Assembly (NCBI GenBank): GCA_964016885.1
Contig: OZ024757.1
Span: forward strand, 17,608,001 to 17,672,000
DNA length: 64,000 bases
Direction: 5' to 3'
Source: Eledone cirrhosa
Taxonomy: Eukaryota
Part shown: positions 50,251 through 64,000 of the stretch, piece after piece
How the letters are laid out: every line of letters begins with the position of its first letter
Numbering within the stretch: position 1 is the first letter of the stretch
Notes under the pieces: model-generated
The model's input: only the letters and a program-made list of their open reading frames with translations
Told to the model about the DNA's origin: nothing
The model's database searches: none
Program-made: the position numbers and the translations under genes

Positions 50251-50413
50251 AGTATAATTGTTTCTACTTTTGGCACAAGGCCAGCAATTATCCCAGTACA
50301 TTACTGGTACTTTATTTTATCGACCCTGTAAGGATGAAAGGCAAAGTTAACCTCGGCGGGATTGGGTATAATGGTGAATTTATCCCGTCTTTCTCCTCTC
50401 TCTGTCTTATATA

Positions 50414-51290
50414 CGAGGTGTGTCAGAAAAGTTCCAGGACTGATGTCACAAAAGATTTATTTCAAACCCAAACTTCACACTAAGACTTTTCTCCTTCAAA
50501 GTAATTCCCCTGGAGTATGTAACTGTAATCTTAGCTCTCTGCAGCGATCAACTTTTTTCTTCATAATTTTATATACATGTCCTCTGTTTCAGGTCGTCAA
50601 GCAATGAGCACAGAGCAACAAACAAACTTGAAAACTCCGTCAGAAGCACTGGGATTGCTGCAGCAAGTGTATGGAGATGCGACGATGTCACGCTCATGTG
50701 TTTTTGAGTGGTGCAAGAGGTTTAAAGAAGGACGCGAGGACGTGGAAAATGACCCCAGGAGCGGAGAGCCCTCAACAACCAGGACTGAGGTCAACTTTGA
50801 GCGCGCCAGGCAGATGGTGCGTAGCGATCGTCGGCTGACTGTTCGACTGATGGTAAATGAGCTGGGCATGAATCGGGACAGCGTCTGGAAGATTCTCACT
50901 GAAGATTTGGACATGCGGAAAGTCTGCACCATCTTCGAAGATGGTGCCAAAACTGCTGAACGATGACCAGAAGGGTCGACGCAAGTGTGCCAGGACATCC
51001 TCGAGCGTCTTGAAACCGAACCAGACTTGCTAGGGACAGTCATCCCGGTGATGAGTCATGGATCTTCGAGTACGACCCGGAGGAGACCCGTTTTGAAGAC
51101 GTGGACGACGGAACTGTGGAGGATCCCGGTAAAATCCTTCCAGGAGTGCAGGCAAGCGTGGCAGAAAAGGATGGAAAAGTGCATTAGACTCCAGGGAGAT
51201 TACTTTGAAGGAGAATACTCTTAGTGTGAAGTTTGGGTTTGAGATAAATCTTTTGCGATATCAGTCCTGGAACTTTTCTGACACACCTCG
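50414..51290 (+). mobile_element. Mariner element with the same internal deletion (copy 2), TA TSD
   Basis: TA-cgaggtgtgtcagaaaagttcc ... ggaacttttctgacacacctcg-TA; same structure as 29353-30246. Confidence 0.92.
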
Positions 51291-51479
51291 TATATATATT
51301 TCTTTTTTTTATCTTTCTATTTCGCTAACTTTTCGATTATTGATCGCTGCTCCCGCATCGATCTAGGCGGGGAACTAATGTAGCGAAATCTGTCAACACC
51401 TTGGGCCATCTGTGATACTTGAAGATGAAATTCTGGGTCACCACCCTTTCAGCGTGAAAGATTATCCATATATATATTT

Positions 51480-52830
51480 TTTGACGTGTGTATACGTGTG
51501 TAAATTTAATTTATATTTCCTGGCCTGGTATGAGTAACAATTTTTAGACGGTTTATAACAAAAAATAGAAAAGTTAGTCAGAAATATTTTAAAAATAGAA
51601 CATAATAAATTAGTGAAAAAAACATGATAAAAACTGTGGAAATACCTTGAAAATATTTATGTCTCTAGCCAGAGATTTGATAGGAAATATGTATATATTA
51701 GGTTGATATGTGGTCTAAAATATATATTGTCCACAAATGACTGATATCAGATGTTCTGGTGGAATAGTCGTTTTCTACTAGAGATTATAATGGAGCTGTT
51801 AGTAGACACGATTGTAAAGTAAGAATAGATATGACAGATGTCAGGGAAGGAAAATTGTGTGTATATATATATATATATAATTATGACACAAGATATAATT
51901 AGATTAATTAAAGTTATAATCAAGACAGCAGCTACGCAATGACGTTGACAATATTTCAACTCACTTTCTCGTGTCATACGTTAACGGACCCTGATATAAT
52001 TTAATACATTTAGACCAGTGTTTCCCAACGTGGGCACTAGCGCCCCCTAGCGGGCGCTATTGTGTTGAAAGAAAGCGGAGGGGGAGTGATGTGTGAATAT
52101 ACTCAGGTGGTTGGTGGGCATTTTTTAAATTCATTTTTCTTTGTCGACACCAAGCGAATTCCTGGCACCCGGTGTAACTGGTTTCGCTAAAGTGAAACCC
52201 CCAAAACAAAAACAAAAGATATGAATAAAAACGAAAAGCTGAATGTGTGTATTTGTGGCTTTTGGGAGTGGTTGAGAAAGGAAATACTGCTGAATCGAAT
52301 AGAGAAACAAATAGCAGGTTGACTGATAAAATGACAAGTCAGTCAATCATATTGGTGGCCTCCCCACAGCCCCGGCGGACAGAATGGAGAAGGCGTTTCC
52401 CCGGGGGACGGCAAGGGAGACGCGCTAGAAGAGCCATTCCAACTCGCGAGGCTCACACACATTTGTTTTAGGTTTGATACCCATTTGATGTAAGATGAAT
52501 CCACTATCATATTTGAACTTTAATTTGACCGGGGGGGGGGGGGGGGGGCAAAAAAGGTTTGCCCCCAGAGGAGCGCTGGCTGAAAAAAGGTTGGGAAACC
52601 CAGATTTAGACAGAGTACCAATCTTATTTAATTGATAGTAAATCGAAAAGTATCACTCGGTAAAATATCAATTATATATCGACGAGGAAACCTCTACGTA
52701 GTATCTCACACTGCTAGAAATAGCAGCTAAATTATTTATTGCAGCTTTGTTTTTTGTTTAAACTCACTTAATTTTGGTTATACAATCAACAGTAAGTCTT
52801 TTGTTCAGACTTCGGAATAAGCTGGAAGAC
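51480..52830. repeat. Conserved upstream block (copy 4), interrupted by a hAT MITE
   Basis: Aligns with 5105-5835. Confidence 0.85.
52016..52603. mobile_element. Non-autonomous hAT (Charlie-like) element
   Basis: Ends CAGTGTTTCCCAAC / GTTGGGAAACCCAG; 8-bp TSD ATTTAGAC at 52008-52015 and 52604-52611; single site in the paralogue at 23336-23343. Confidence 0.88.
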
Positions 52831-52929
52831 CGTCAGAACATCTATGTTTGTGTGAATGAATACATACATACGTACGTATGTACGCGTGTGTGTGTGTGTA
52901 TGTGTGTATATACATATATACATTAAATA

Positions 52930-53308
52930 TATCATCATCATTTTACGTCCGCTTTTCCATGCTTGCAAGGGTGGGTCAGGAACTGATTCTGGCTTGATTT
53001 CTACAGCTGGATGCCTTTCCTAACACCAGCCTCATTTACAGTGATGCTGGGTGCTTTTTTCTGTGGCGCCTACACGTCCACTTTACAGTGTGGGCTGGGT
53101 GCTTTTTTTGCCGTGGCACCTCCACGACCACTTTGCAGTGGAATGATAGGGACCCCAGTCCTATCATCTCATTTCTACAGCTGAGTAAACTGGAGTGATG
53201 TGAAATAAAGTGTCTTGCTCAAGGAAACAACACATCACCCGGTCAGAGAATTGAAATCACAACCTTTTGAATGCAAGCCCAATGCTCTAACCACTAAGCC
53301 ATGTGCCT
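52930..53308 (-). mobile_element. SINE family B with extended RTE-derived tail
   Basis: Same head and body as 43520-43856. Confidence 0.85.
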
Positions 53309-53739
53309 CTTCTAAACACTAAGCCATATAGGATAATAAGTTATCTTTTAAGGTAATCCAGCTAGAGGTTATGAGTACTCCGTGTCGAAGATAATTTTAA
53401 CGTACGGTGTTGTTTGACTCAACAAGAAGTTTCCTTAGTCGGGTGGCAGGTTTAAGTAAGTTCCTAGGCAGGCAGTACTTGGAGTAATAATAGTAACAGA
53501 ATGAAGAATAACATGGTCGGTCGGCTTTTTCAATAGGGTTTATTTACAGTATTAACAATTATAGTGCTGGTGGCACGAATAAAAGCACCCAGTCCATGCT
53601 GTAAAATGGAGGGGTGGATAGGGCTCCTGAGTCCAGTAAGACGATCTCTCTAGTGCTGGTGGCACAAATAAAAGCACCCAGTCCATGCTGTAAAGAGGTG
53701 CTGGTGTTAGGAAGGGCATCCAACCAGTATATATACTAC

Positions 53740-56700
53740 TGCCAAACACTATGAACACAACGGATGAAATTTGCAACAACTGAGTAAACAGCAATAACAC
53801 TAACTATGTTAGGGCTGCGCACGGTAGTGGGGTGGTTGGTACAGCCATGTGCGAGAACCCCCCGACCGTCATCAAGCCATTGCACAAAAAGAACTGCGTA
53901 AACAGCAATAACACTAACCATGTTAGGGCTGCGATCGGTAGTGGGGTGGCTAGTGAGGCTATGTGTGAGAACCCCACGACCGTCATCAAGCAATCGCACA
54001 ACAGGAAAAAGAATGAGACGTTGCATCTCAGAGTTGCCACACTAACAGGTAGATCTGGTGATATAGCGGAGATACTGGAGAGAAGGCATGTGGATGTGTG
54101 CTGTGTGCAAGAGCTGAGATGGAGAGGTGCCTCTGCAAGACTAATCGCAGGCAAACATCGTAGTTATAAGCTTTGCTGGGTGGGTAATGATGATGGGTTA
54201 GGTGGGGTGGGAATATTACTGGCTGAGAGATGGATCAATAAGACAATAGAAGTAGTTAAAGTTAGTGATAGAATAATTAAGCTTAGATTAGTTGTAGGCA
54301 AGAGACTACTGACAATCATCTCTGCTTATGCTCCCCAGGCAAGCCTAGGTAAAGAAGAGAAAGACTGCTTTTACGAGCAACTTTTACAAACAGCCTCAAT
54401 GACAGAGGACAGAGACATCGTTATGTTAGCAGGGGACTTCAATGGATACACTGGGGTACATGGTGGGCACGGTTACGGCTCAACTAATGAAGAAAGAGTG
54501 AGGCTTCTTGAATTTTGTGATGCAAATGCACTAACCATTTGCAACACTAACTTCCAGAAGCCTACCAACCACCTAATCACCTACAAATCAGGCGAGCAGA
54601 TAAGCCAGATTGACTTCCTGCTAGTTAGACAGCGAGACAGACAGATGGTGTCAAATACTAAGGCATACCCGAGGGAAGAATGTACCCCACAGCATAGGTT
54701 AGTCGTTAGTGACATCTCAGTAAGCATGAGAAAGAATGAGACATACAGGAAGGGTGGAAAAGAAAGGTCTGGAAGCTAAAAGACCTTTCATTAAAATATA
54801 AATTTAGCAAAGCCCTTCAAGACGTGTATGACGAAAAAGAAGACGATTTAGAGTTGTATGACATAGATGATAACTGGAATTTCTTACGTGACAACTTACT
54901 GCAGGCTACTGAAGAAACTTGTGGTTGGAGCAGAGCTTCAACCAGACTGAGAGTGACCTGGTGGTGAACAGTATGGTAGATAGGGCCATTAGAGACAAAA
55001 GACTGGCATGGAAGGCTTGGAAAAATGGTGGGAGTAGGGAAGGATACACAGCTGCTAAGAGAGAAGCTAGACGTCAGGTGTACTTAGCACGCAGGGAGGC
55101 TGAGAGTAGGGGGTTTGCCAATGTTCTGCAATGGGAAGATCAGAGACGTGTAGTGTTCCGCATTGCAAGGCAGTGTGTCAGTGCAAATCAGGATGTTGTT
55201 GGAGATAAGTGTGTCCGGAATGATGCTGGTGTACTTAGTGTCATGAATGATAAAAAAAAGGGGACCTGGAAATGTTACTATGAGAGACTGATGAATGTGG
55301 AGAACGAATGGGAGAGAGACAAATTACTCCCAGTAGACCCAACAGAGGGACCAGCTATTGAGATTGACGAATATAGGGTACAAGAGGCAATTAAAGAAAT
55401 GAAGAATGGTAAGGCTGCTAGACCGTCGGGGATAGTTGCTGAGATGCTGAAGGCATCAGGTGAAGTAGGCATTAAACTGGTTGCACGCATCATCAATCAA
55501 GTTATATATGGTGTCATACCCAAAGACTGGTGCAGCAGTATTCTCATAAATTGCTACAAAGGTAGAGGGGATGCTCCAGAAAAGTGCAATTATAGGGGCA
55601 TAAAGCTGATGGATCAGGTTATGAAAGTGGCAGAGAGAATATTAGCGCAACTGATTAGAGAAAGGGTCAAATTAGATGAGATGCAGTTTGGTTTTGTGCC
55701 TTGGAAAAGTACAACAGATGCCCTCTTCTTAGTGAGGCAACTACAAGAGAAGTTCTTAGAGAAGAATAAGCCACTATACTTAGCTTTTGTTGACCTCGAG
55801 AAGGCTTTGATAGGGTACTCCAATCTGTCATCTGGTGGTCCCTAAGGAAACTAGGTGTAGAGGACAGTGCAAGCTATGTACAGGGGTGCTGTCGGTAAAG
55901 TGAGAGTAGGTATGGAGTTTAGTGAGGAATTCCAGATACAAGTAGGTGTACATCAGGGTTCGGTCCTCAGCTCGCTCTTGTTCACTATAGTCCTCCAAGC
56001 CATAACAGAGGAGTTTAAGACTGGATGCCCATGGGAACTTCTCTATGCTGATGATCTGGTTCTTATAGCAGAATCAGTAGAGGAGCTAGAGAATAAATTC
56101 TGGCTATGGAAACAGTAGTTGGGAGGACTGAGAGTGAACATAGCTAAGACAAAAGTGTTGACAAGTAGAAGAGAGGACAATACTCCGATTCCATCAGGGA
56201 AATGGCCATGTTCGATATGTAGGAAAGGAACTGGCATAAATTCCATAAAATGTACGCAATGCAGATCTTGGGTACACAAGAGATGTAGTGGGATAGCAGG
56301 CAAACTAACAAGTAGGAAAAACTACGTATACAGTAGATGTACAGGGAAATTTGGCAGTAGTAATCACAGTGATAGACACATTTTTCCAATGCAGGTGGGT
56401 TCTATAGAAGTGGTGGATAGCTTCCGGTACCTAGGTGATCAGATTAGCATGTGGAGGGGGGGGGGGGGGGTCCGAGGCCATAGTATCTAGAATAAGGACG
56501 GGTTGGAAGAAGTTTAAGGAGCTGCTTCCTTTGTTGACAAAGAAGGGTTTCTCCCTGCATACGAAAGGACAGTTATATGATGCCTGTGTGAGATGCGCGA
56601 TGCTGCATGGTAGTGAGACAAGGGCAGCAACTGCAGAGGATATGCGACGGCTGGAGATAAATGAAGCAAGTATGCTCCGTTGGATGTGCAATGTCAATGT

Positions 56701-56937
56701 GCATGAATGACCAAGCATAGACGATGATGACCGCTGGGTAAAGAAGTGCCAAGAAATCCCAGTAGAGGTAAACCACGAAAAACATGGGCGGAGGTGGTGA
56801 GAGAAGATCTCAGATCGCTGAAACTCACCGAGGAGATGACGAAGGACCGTGACAAGTGGAGAGATGGTGTGCTGAATAGGACCCATCCAACCCTTGCAAG
56901 CAGGGAAAAGCGGACGTAAAACGATGATGATGATGAT
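53740..56937 (+). mobile_element. Near full-length but disrupted RTE LINE (APE + RT)
   Basis: CVQELRW, ISAYAPQ, GDFN, IDFLLV, QHRLV; NYRGIKL, FVDLEKA, LYADD. Duplicated ~120-bp 5' UTR segment; (gat)n tail. Confidence 0.92.
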
Positions 56938-56939
56938 AT

Positions 56940-57485
56940 TTTCTTCGCCCACTTATTTCTGAGGGGGTCGTGGGTCAGAGTCCTCACACACTACTTCCAA
57001 CAGGTCCTGTCAGAATCAACCGTCACTAACATATCTGGCTGGATTCCCAAGGAGGACCAGCCAAGCTCATTGATGCTATCCAACCAGCTTGCTCGGGGTC
57101 TACTCCTGGGTCTTCTGCCAGTTGGCTCTACCCATAAAATGTGTGCAGCAAATTTTCCAGAAGCATTCTACCCACATGTCCATAGAAATAGTGACTCGCC
57201 CTGGAGTAACTTTCTGATCTCCAAGTTACACACTTTATCGAGTAACGTTACTCCAAAGACCTTTCGGTGGAATCCCATTTCAGCCACTTGTATTCATGAT
57301 CGTATTAATTCGGTTATTTCCCAACATTCATGACCTTAGGTAAGGGTTGGTATGAATACCGAAACGAAAACCGAGTTTGGCTTTTACACCTACCTCCCTT
57401 CTTCTGATTGCTGAAGCTGGTGCACTACTGTACCAGTTCCTGCAATTCTTGCACTTGATTCAGCCTCCTGCCTTCCATCACTCCT
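56940..57485 (-). mobile_element. LINE 3' fragment shared with 23835-24355
   Basis: Direct alignment to the ZNF2 unit; it predates the duplication. Confidence 0.75.
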
Positions 57486-57504
57486 AACATTGCCCTGAAA
57501 AACT

Positions 57505-57733
57505 TACAGAGTGTACCAGGTGTATTTTATCATGACACCAGCACTAACACTTTACAGAGTGTACTGGGTGTATTTTATCATGACACCAGCACTAACACTT
57601 TACAGAGTGTACTGGGTGTATTTTATCATGACACCAGCACTAACACTTTACAGAGTGTACTGGGTGTATTTTAACCTAGCACCAGCACTACCACTTTACA
57701 GAGTTAGCTGGGTGTATTTTATTCTAGCACCAG
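57505..57733. repeat. 48-bp tandem repeat (~4.7 copies) derived from the RTE/SINE 3' UTR motif
   Basis: Unit gcactaacactttacagagtgtactgggtgtattttatcatgacacca; reverse-complement relatives at 53563-53705. Confidence 0.88.
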
Positions 57734-58215
57734 GTGAAAAGAGGTTGTCAGATGCTCTAGAGACCTTAAGGATTATATCTACTCTATGTTGTCTTGGTTT
57801 ATTTATTCACTATTTTACAGGGTTTACTGAGTATGTCCCATTCTATTTATTCAGAAACATATTCAACTTTGATAATAAATTAACTAAATTAGTAAATTCT
57901 ATACCATACAGTAGTTTCAACACAAGTCTCGGTTAGATCTTCTACAAATAAACTGAGAGGAGAGTAATTTTTTAGCAAACCAGTTTTATTATGAACATTA
58001 TTATACCACATAGGTGGCACAATTTTGGGTGACTGGTGTGGTTCTTATCTTGTCTTATTGTGATATGGCTTCCCTCCTGTATATATGTGTTTGTGTTTAG
58101 TTAAGCTAGCATGATGAGAGAATGATTTACTACAGATATCACAGTGATATGGCTTCTCTCTTGTATGAATGAAATAGTGTGTAGTTAAGCTGGTAATTTT
58201 GGAGAATGATTTACC

Positions 58216-59172
58216 TTAGATATCACAGTGATATGGCTTCTGTCCTGTATGAATATGTTTGTGTTTAGTTAAGCTAGCATGTTGAGAGAATGATTTACCA
58301 CAGATATTACAGTGATATGGCTTCTCTCCTGTATGAATTCGTTTGTGTTTAGTTAAGCTAGCATGTTGAGAGAATGATTTACCACATATATCACAGTGAT
58401 ATGGCACCTCCCCTGTATGAATACGTATGTGAGTAGTTAAGCTATTACTTATGGAGAATGATTTACCACATATATCACAGTGATATGGCTTCTGTCCAAT
58501 ATGAATACGTTTGTGAGTTGTTAAGCTAGCATGTTGAGAGAATGATTTACCACAGATATCACAGTGATATGGCTTCTCTTCCGTATGTACATATTTGTGT
58601 GTAGTTAAATTGCTACTTACAGAGAATGACTTACCACAGATGTCACAGTGATATGGCTTCTCTCCTGTATGAATTCGTTTGTGATTTGTTAAGGGAGTAG
58701 GTTGAGAGAATGATTTACTACAGATATCACAGTGAAATGGCTTCTCTCCTGTATGTATGTGTTTATGAGTTGTTAAGCTAGCATGTTGAGAGAATAATTT
58801 ACCACAGATATCACACTGATATGGCTTCTCTCCTGTATGAATGAGATTGTGTGTTGTTAAGTTTCCTTTCTGAGAGAATGATTTACCACAGATATCACAG
58901 TGATATGGCTTCTCTCCTGTATGAATGAGATTGTGTGTTGTTAAATTTCCTTTGCGAGAGAATGATTTACTACAGATATCACAGTGATATGGCTTCTCTC
59001 CTGTATGGATGAGGTTGTGTGTTGTTAAGTGTCCTTTCTGAGAGAATGATTTATCACAGATATCACAGTGGTATGGCTTCTCTCCACTATTCTTTGGTAT
59101 CTCATTAGGAATACTAATACTTTTAGACAGTGTTTTACATTTAACCTTCTTCTCACTCAACCTATTTTCCAT
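58216..59172 (-). CDS. C2H2 zinc-finger protein ZNF4 (10 fingers)
   Basis: ATG of MENR at 59172. Stops at TAA replacing the 2nd Cys of finger 11; in-frame finger sequence continues to ~58060. Confidence 0.9.
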   Translation of the reverse strand: MENRLSEKKVKCKTLSKSISIPNEIPKNSGEKPYHCDICDKSFSQKGHLTTHNLIHTGEKPYHCDICSKSFSRKGNLTTHNLIHTGEKPYHCDICGKSFSQKGNLTTHNLIHTGEKPYQCDICGKLFSQHASLTTHKHIHTGEKPFHCDICSKSFSQPTPLTNHKRIHTGEKPYHCDICGKSFSVSSNLTTHKYVHTEEKPYHCDICGKSFSQHASLTTHKRIHIGQKPYHCDICGKSFSISNSLTTHIRIHTGEVPYHCDICGKSFSQHASLTKHKRIHTGEKPYHCNICGKSFSQHASLTKHKHIHTGQKPYHCDI

Positions 59173-59939
59173 AATGTTTCTTCTTCTCAACAAAGTATAT
59201 AGATATTTTTCTTGTGTTATATTTATATTATATTTTTAGTAATATTGTCTTATTCTATATTTCTATTATATCAACTGTGATCTCAGTTAATATCTGAAGA
59301 TTATGAAAACTTCTTTGTCATCGAAGTTTAATTAAAATACAAAATCTTCTTGAAAACATTCCAGATAGTGAAGAAACGAACTTTTGCCAATAAACTCGCT
59401 TCTGATGAAATATTTTACAGTAAGTCAGTTATAGATTTATATAAACAGTGTTATATCGTTTCTGTGTAAAACACTTTAGTCTTTAAATGATGATAAATGT
59501 TGATGATTTATTAAAGGTTTAAACATTTATCCTAATGTGATCTGGTATTCTGAAATAAGAAAGAAACAGTATGAGATAATAGAGAATACTTAAAAACTAG
59601 AGATAGATTTACTAGAGAAGATTTTAGACTTTTATATCAATAATCTCTAGATATAAACCTTTAATTGAAAAATCAAATTACTTTGGTTTTTAATTTGTTA
59701 TCAATATTACATCATACAACCTTGTGTGATATCTATATATACAGACATATATATATATATCAATATTACATTATACAACCTTGTGTGATATCTATATATA
59801 CAGACATATATACATATGTCAATATTACATTATACAACCTTGTGTGGTGTCTATATACACAGACATTTATATATATATATATATATATATATATCAATAT
59901 TACATTAAACAACCTTTGTGTGATGTCTATATATACAGA

Positions 59940-62900
59940 TGAAAGGTTATGATTGTTGACTGCACCAGTGATTCCCATAATGCAACAGAAGAGGAAACAA
60001 CTCTAGCATCTCAGAAGTATCAGTCATAAATAAAAATGTTTACCCTTTAGTATTTACATTACTCTATATTTACTATTGTATTTTCATGGTAAACACTTTA
60101 TCTCACATAGTATCGAATCTACAAGGTTTTGATATTATTTATTTTGAGAATAATACCTTAAAATCAGTATGATTGGTCGGTTACAGACGGTTTGAGCAGA
60201 AAGAGATGAGAGAATTCTGGCTGGATACGGCTGGTTTAAATGCTAAAGGGTTTAGTGTTGTCTTTACTCAGTCCATATAGCATGACAGAAAGCTATATCT
60301 GGTGACCTACGACTTGATCATAACAGGCAAAAATGTTGTTGCAATGAAGCTACCCTAATTCTGGCCAAAAGGAACCAAGGTATAGTTTACACAAGCGGAG
60401 GCTCAATTTACCATTAAAAGAATCACATAGGATTTAACAAAATAGTCGTATGTGATGGCAGCACTCAACCAAGATACAGCAACTCGAGTGTCAAACCATC
60501 GGCTAAGAATAAATATGAAAAGCTCAAAAATAGGCTTGTGGAAACCTTCAGGCTGAGCAAGCATGAAGCAGCAGCTAGGATACTTGATACAGAAGGTTTA
60601 GGTGATTCCTTCAGAATTAATGGACAAAATGCTGGCTTTAGTGCCACAGGATCAGACACCGGGATTTCTGCTTGAAGAGGTATTCCTGCTACTCCCTCAA
60701 ATCACAGCACAGTCACACAAAGTGACCTTTGTTTTTACCACCAAAAGTTTGGGGAAAGAGCTTCAAGGTGCAGAGTGGCATGTAAATTCAGGAGCCTATT
60801 TTCAGCATCACCAAGAAACAGCAGAGCCGGCCGCTGATAAATAACCTGATGGTCAGCAAGCAGAATCAATTGCTCCTCTACTTCCAGGATCGAATCTCCA
60901 AGCAAAAATTCCTAATTGAGACAGGGGCAGAAATTAGCATCCTCCCAGCGTCTACTAGAGAGCCCCGTTACAGACCGCAGGGTCAACTTTTGACAGCTGC
61001 CAATGGGTTTATGATAAGAACTTATGGTCACCGCACCCTTTCCCTTCACATAGGCTCACAAAAATATACACGGAAATTCGCTGTCGCAGATGTCCATCAA
61101 TCTATTATCAAAGCTGACTGCCCCCGAGTTAAATCCCTGTTGGTCGATCTTCAAGGGAGACGATTCATCGACAGCAATACATACGCCTCTGTTTCCCTGA
61201 AACGATTGACACAGGCGTCTCTGCATATATCAGCCACCTCAAAGACTAAGAACGTGTTTTTGGACCTCGTTTTGAAACATCTGAAATGCTCCACGCCAAC
61301 ACTCTCCCAAACGATAACTCACCATGGAGTAACACACCGCATTTAGACCACAGGTCCCCCCCCCCCCAGTACACAGCCGCGCGTGTCAACTACCACCAGA
61401 CAAACTCACTATTGTGAAAGCAGAATTTTCCGACATGGAACACTTAGGCCTCGCCTCGTTCGACGCTCAAGCAGCCCCTGGTCTTCACCTTTATATATAG
61501 TACCAAAACCAGACAGAGGGTGGCAACCCTGTGAAGGTTATTGCCACCTCAACAATGGCACGACCCCTGACCTCTACTCTATTTCGCATATACAGTACTT
61601 CTCGACACATCTCTGGAAAAAGCCTCCCAGTTTCTTGATGCTCTCTCTAGAGGCCCTAGTGACTCCGGTATCTACATAACTTGGTGACAGAAGGTATAGG
61701 CTACAAGGCTATGGCCACAGTCCAACAAATAGATGATTATGTCAAGGCCTACCATGCTGCGGTCACTTCATTGTCCTTGAGGGACGTAGGTTTTTGGCAC
61801 AGTGGAACAACCCTTCTTTGTGAGATATCCACAGGGAAACCACTCCAACAGGCTGGCAATGCAGAGTTTTTGACATCGTCCATGGACTCCATTACCCCAG
61901 TACTAGAGCCACATGCCGACTAATGTTACACAGATTTGTCTGGCACGGAATGGCCAGATAAGTCAGAGAGAGGACCAAAACCTGTGTCGCCTGCCAGCAT
62001 ACCACAACACCTCTCAACAGCTACAAAGCTCCACAGGCCTGTTTTGGCTATGTCAACATAGACCTCATCAGCCCCCTACCACCTTTGCTGGGCTGCTCAT
62101 GCCTGCTTACCATGGTGGACCAATTCACTCATTGACCTGAGGCCATATCCCTGAGTGGCATGGAAACATAAGAAATTACTCGTGCTTTCGTTACAAACTG
62201 GGTTGCCTATTCCAGTGTCCTGGATAGCATTACATCAGACCAAGGACCTCAATTCACCTCGAAGCTGAGGAATGTCATGTGTGAGCTTTTTGCCATAAAC
62301 ATGAAACACACAACAGCCTATCACCCCCAGTCCAACGGCTTAATCCAGTGATTCCACCATTGCTTGAAGAAGTCCCTTATCACTAGACTTAATAGTCCCT
62401 CCTATCTCAACCGGCTGCCATGGGTAATGTTGGGAATCTGCACTGCCCCAAAGAAAGACCTGCACAGTTCGTCCGTTGAAATAGTCCTCTTATTGTACCT
62501 GGTGAATTCGTTCCAAATACGAAACCAAATCGTGATACTAAAGAATATCTCAAACAGCTGAGAGACAATGTAAGCCAGTTACACGGACCCCCATGTCAAC
62601 ACAGGACACGACAAGTGCAAAGTTTGTGTTCATTCGTCGTGGCATATGGCAAAAACCTTTCAGCCATTGTATGGCAGACCATATGAAGTGATTCATCCAG
62701 GGGACAAAACATTTCAACTCCGGATTGGAGGACAATAGGACAAGCTTTCCATAGACAGCTTGAGACCAGCCCACAAAGACATTGATAGACTCATTTAAGT
62801 GGTTCAACCATCAAAAAGAGGTCGTCCTAAGCAAGTCACACCACCTCCTAATGATGAACAGTTGCTAAATAGCCAGTTGACTACATGAACAGCAGGAGTA

Positions 62901-63152
62901 GTGAAGAAATCATATCAGTTCCAGTGACAATCCACAGTCGGGTGGAGGGGGGGTTGAGGTTATGTAGAGTATACAAGCAGGCAGCAAAAAGGTTACGATT
63001 CATGACTGCACCAAGTGATTCCCATAATACAACGGGAGAGAAGGGAAACAACTCTAGCATCTCAGAAAGATAAGTCATGAATAAAGATTTGTTTACCAAA
63101 CACACATTTTAGTGTTGTCTTTTCTCGGTCCATATAGCACGACAGATAGATA
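59940..63152 (+). mobile_element. Old Ty3/Gypsy element with both LTRs and most of RT/RNase H deleted
   Basis: LTR sequence shared by ~59940-60299 and ~62963-63152; PBS TGGTGACC at 60300; PPT GGTGGAGGGGGGG at 62941; FLIETGAEISILP, SPWSSPL, TSDQGPQF, TTAYHPQSNG. Confidence 0.85.
60043..60250. mobile_element. MITE (piggyBac-like ends) inside the 5' LTR
   Basis: CCCTTTAGTATTTA ... TAAATGCTAAAGGG flanked by TTTA; absent from the 3' LTR. Confidence 0.65.
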
Positions 63153-63159
63153 TAGGATC

Positions 63160-64000
63160 TCTATTAATAAAACACCATAGAAACTTCCTGTTAGATATAC
63201 CCTTGTAGGAGGCTAGGTAAACCTACATAGGTGTGACATGTAACAACATGATAGGATAGGGGCCTCGATCAATAAAACACTAGAGAAACCTCATATACAG
63301 ACTTATGGGATTTCTCAATTCAGTCCGAAGTGAAGATTGAGCACAACAAACCAGATATTGTCATAATTGAGAAGAGAGAAACTGTACCCTCATTGAGTAC
63401 CCCAGGACTTACATATATACAACATACAGAAAATAGTACTACTAGGTACTGTATATATATATTACATAGAGTACCCCCAGGACATATATAAATATGATCG
63501 TGTCTACAAGACATGTATCTGACGGTGTTTCAGCTAACTCTTTACAGTATTAGAACCTTATTGTGTACAGCCACCAACGAGACACCAACAAATGTCCCTT
63601 CACCAACAAAGCAGCTCCCTGATATACAGATATTCAATCCCTACTGGGAGCGTGCTGGCTTCCATAAAAAATCATTAGAGAGGTTTTCCAGAGTTCCTCG
63701 CGATACTGTTATCTTTTACTCTGGTAGTGGCTCGGTTGTCCACCCCTTTACTTTTCAATTTACATACATCTGTATGTATATATATTTGCGTATAATACCA
63801 ATATGCACACTACATATGCTAGCAGAAATAAAGATAACTTTAATTTACTTGAAACGAGGTGCAGCTAAATATAATATATTTTATAATATAAGGTAGTAAA
63901 TAACACAATAAATAGACAGAGGTAATTTAAATAATAAAGACAGTCATGATAACAATATATTTTATATTACATGTAACAGTGGAATCTGGCTATTGAAAAA
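63160..64000. repeat. Segmental duplicate of 30270-31010
   Basis: Direct near-identity. Confidence 0.9.

Noticed and set aside
57505-57936. 48-bp repeat and its 141-aa ORF as a CRISPR array or repeat protein
   Set aside because: Contiguous tandem units with no spacers, derived from an RTE/SINE 3' UTR motif.

Overview
This is AT-rich, repeat-dense eukaryotic DNA, not prokaryotic. The [10 protein letters not shown]-type finger consensus and the SINE/RTE repertoire suggest an octopus (coleoid cephalopod) genome; that assignment is my inference. The window is part of a tandem cluster of C2H2 zinc-finger genes on the minus strand. There are four paralogues (about 10.9-12.4, 26.0-27.4, 41.0-42.2 and 58.2-59.2 kb), plus the promoter/first exon of a fifth gene lying off the left edge. 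Each unit has a shared splice acceptor, a ~350-nt leader, a ~30-aa N-terminus with no recognisable effector domain, 10-17 fingers, a tail of decayed fingers and a shared AATAAA. Introns and spacers are filled with RTE and CR1-group LINEs (one CR1 nearly intact), four Ty3/Gypsy relics, mariner/maT/hAT DNA transposons, two tRNA-derived SINE families and micro/minisatellites. The most interesting leads are: a -1 slippery site linking CR1 ORF1 to an ATG-less ORF2; a ZNF paralogue whose start codon is ATA but whose ORF is still open (possible A-to-I rescue); a non-coding satellite derived from a dead zinc finger; and a co-duplicated, oppositely oriented exon-like block upstream of every ZNF gene. 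Most TE boundaries are approximate and were read by eye; no database searches were run.
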